From positions 62,001 through 126,000 of the forward strand of contig OZ287706.1 in the NCBI GenBank assembly GCA_965649825.1: 64,000 nucleotides of DNA, read 5' to 3'. The translations under genes and the position numbers were made by a program. Below, in pieces: positions 61,505 through 64,000 of this stretch (position 1 is its first letter; every line of letters begins with the position of its first letter). The DNA comes from Penicillus capitatus. Lineage: Eukaryota > Plantae > Chlorophyta. The notes beneath the pieces were generated by a model that was not told the DNA's origin, searched no databases, and saw nothing but the letters and a program-made list of their open reading frames with translations.

Positions 61505-62083
61505 TTGTGCAAAGGCACGAGTACGTTCGCGCTTAGGTACCCACCACCGGAAACGCCGGAATTCAAACGATGTATCTCATGTCTCTGCTAGGCATTGGGC
61601 AAACCTTAAAATAGAACTACCTAATGCAAATTTGCCTCGTACACAAGAACCTTCTGAGACGAGAGACACCGGAAATTGGTGTATGTGCCTCAATGTTTTA
61701 TGACTGGAACGGACAAAGGACGCAAACAGCAAATTTACCGACCCGTGCGTATCTCCAAGACGTCAGTAACGACAAACCGTGATTCTTGCAGGTACATATT
61801 CGTGGTGAAAGCATGTACATTTGCACACAGAATTCTGCCACCTTTTTACGCAATCTAGCGGAAATCTACGGTTTGTCTCCTGCCGAAGACAAGTTCAATA
61901 GATAGCGCAAGTATCGAACATACATGGGAATTCTCATTCAATACTGCAGCAGATGTCACCACACAGAGACCTGAAGAACAATCCTCCAAGAAATGGCAAT
62001 TCAGTCCCGTTCAGAACAACTGGAGAGCTGATGCAATAAGATGTATAGGAAATTGTCTATTTATGCTAAACAGGCAGAACTCA

Positions 62084-63298
62084 TCAGTATCCGAATCCAC
62101 GGACTGTATGACCCCCGTCAACGTACAATCTCTGGCCTGTGACATATGAGGACGCGGAGGAGGCAAAAAAGCCAACGACACCTGATGAGGACAAGACCAC
62201 AGATATAAATGCAAGGTACTGTACACGTAATGATACTTGCGATCTCTTCTGGCTGTGCAGGACGTTGCAGTGGTGTCTCTGCGGTATAAGCATTCAGTTC
62301 CTTGGGATCGTTCATCATCTGAGAATCCAAGGGCCTCCACACGGTTTAGATGGACAGAATGCCTTACTCGCACAGACATGTCTGTATCCACCACTCCAGG
62401 AGCCACACAGTTCACACGGATTTTGTCCGAGGCCCATTCGCAACACAATGTCCGCGTCAACATGTCTAATGCAGACTTGGACAAGTTATAGTGACACACT
62501 ATTACGAAGAAGACGGTGAATGTCATTTCTATTGCTGCACGTTTTACTTCCTGCCATGGCTCGGGTTGATCCTGCAATGGATCCGATGTTGATTACAGAA
62601 GAACCTCCACTCGCTTTCAGCAGAGGATATGCCGCCTGTTCACAGCGGAAGTGCTATCAGTCCAATAACAAAAGTGATGGCATCTTCACACTTGACAAAC
62701 ATCGATCGCCGATTTGAGGTTTGTGTGCATGATATAATCAAAGTCGTCTCCTGTGTGGTCAACGAAAGGTTTGGAAACCAGGACACCAGCATTGTTGACT
62801 ATCCAGTTGACCCATGGTTAGAAACTGAAACGTCCAAGGTAGAGGTTCACCTAGAACTTGTAACTGTCCATCAAATACATCCGCAACCTATCAGACCACG
62901 CGTTTGCTTAAGCAGATCGTCGGCCTCCAAAACCGAAACACTCACTTGCTGCATGAGCTTCTTTAACAGTTCGGCATTAGTGACGTCACAGACACATCCC
63001 TAGATGAGACACAGATCGTCTTCCCTGCGGTTGCTTCCATGAAGAAGTTGACGTGAACATCATATCGTTTAGCCGCCATTCTCGAGAGAAGTTCGTCGAG
63101 AGCATCCTGCTTGCGTGCACAGACAAAGACCTAGAGCAACATTAAGAGCACTCCAATCACATCTTTAGAGATTCATCGATTTTAAAAAGGAAGGCGCTCA
63201 CTCACCCTTGCACCCTTGGCAGCGAAGAACTCCACACAGGCACGGCCGATTCCTTTAGATCCTCCCGTCACCAGACAAGTCAATCCTGCCAATTCCAT
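62084..63298 (-). CDS. SDR copy F (B subtype), intact
   Basis: [74 protein letters not shown]. Confidence 0.9.
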
Positions 63299-63591
63299 TG
63301 TATTGTACAGGGGATGTTCGTGTCCCCGCTTGTCTTTTCACTGGTGCAAGACCGACGTTTCACGATCAATCGCCTGAGTTCAATTCTGTTTATGTCCTGA
63401 ATGACAATGTAACGCGGCTGCGCTGTCATGTCGTCACGGATGAGAACACTCTGATAGCCGGCTGACTCTCCATGCATTTATCGTGATCGGAGATTTATTA
63501 ACGACGACATTTCAGTCTATACGGTTTGAGCGAACTCTTATTGTCTACAACTTCTGTGCTTATCAATTTTGTTTTGTTCTACGCGTCAACG

Positions 63592-64000
63592 ATGTCCAGT
63601 CGGTCGCTTGTTCGACCGGAAGGGAGTCCTGTTTACCACTACAGTCATGCCTCGCATGCGCTGAAAGGAGAGGTTCGTCGCAACATGTTTTGCAGAAAAG
63701 ACATTTCGTTTTAAAGGATGTCGCCTTTGTATGCGACGCACTACAACGTCTTAGCCCTGAGCCCCATTTCATGGGAAAGTGGGACCTCTTTTGTGTGTGT
63801 GACGGACATGGAGGCCCAGAAGCTGCACAATTCGCGAAAATAAACCTTCCGGCGTTGATTGCTGCCCGGCTTCCCAAAGGGACACCTCCAGAAACGGAAA
63901 CCGAAGGTACGTGCTAACATTTATGGGAGGCATGCGTCATGTCATCCTGCGTGCTCAGAAGGACAGGCATGGCTTCAGACTGTCAGAGATGCAGTTAACA
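63592..64000 (+). CDS. Protein phosphatase 2C, 5' part (runs off the window)
   Basis: ALKGE|DVAF (plant-type KGED), DLFCVCDGHGGPEAAQFAKINLP. Confidence 0.88.

Larger units (their letters stand above)
60278..63298. repeat. Two-gene segmental duplication: E-spacer-F is a copy of A-spacer-B (34924-37423 plus 42242-42757)
   Basis: Exons, introns and the roughly 570-bp spacer align with high identity by eye. Confidence 0.9.

Noticed and set aside
1-64000. Reassigned TAA/TAG codons as in some ulvophytes
   Set aside because: Conserved genes read through with the standard code and end at TAA/TAG where expected; the two in-frame stops seen are in mobile or decayed sequence.
1-64000. tRNA, rRNA, snoRNA (for example in NOP56 introns), CRISPR or telomeric arrays, introner-like repeated introns
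   Set aside because: None seen; NOP56 introns are too short to host snoRNAs, and introns are only repeated among SDR paralogues.

Overview
Eukaryotic nuclear DNA from a flagellated green alga (PsaG, an OPR/RAP-type organellar RNA factor, an LFR-like gene, kinesin-2; standard genetic code; introns mostly 40-60 nt; narrower taxonomy cannot be fixed from this window). The left ~35 kb is a very compact, transposon-free run of intron-rich genes: prolyl oligopeptidase, adenylate kinase, LFR-like ARM protein, PsaG, NOP56, an Arg/Gly-rich low-complexity protein, eIF2A, IGHMBP2-type helicase, kinesin-2, a large OPR-RAP protein, a degenerate nucleoside hydrolase and phosphatidate cytidylyltransferase. 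The right ~28.5 kb (34.9-63.3 kb) is a tandem array of six tropinone-reductase-like SDR genes holding every mobile element seen: a full-length Ty3/gypsy LTR element inserted in an SDR exon, a near-intact APE-type LINE with a 14-bp target-site duplication, a decayed gypsy and a LINE remnant. A PP2C gene starts at the right edge. The most unusual items are: (1) the LTR element (sharp A-rich/T-rich/A-rich switches at domain borders, protease in the gag ORF followed by a candidate -1 frameshift signal, no clear PPT); (2) the LINE (unrecognised ORF1, apparently dead RNase H); (3) a nucleoside hydrolase lacking most catalytic residues, followed 4 nt after its stop by an ORF with a signal-peptide-like start; (4) SDR duplication limits that fall on a stop codon and a start codon. 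Exon boundaries were inferred by eye and family calls are from motif recognition; no database searches were run.
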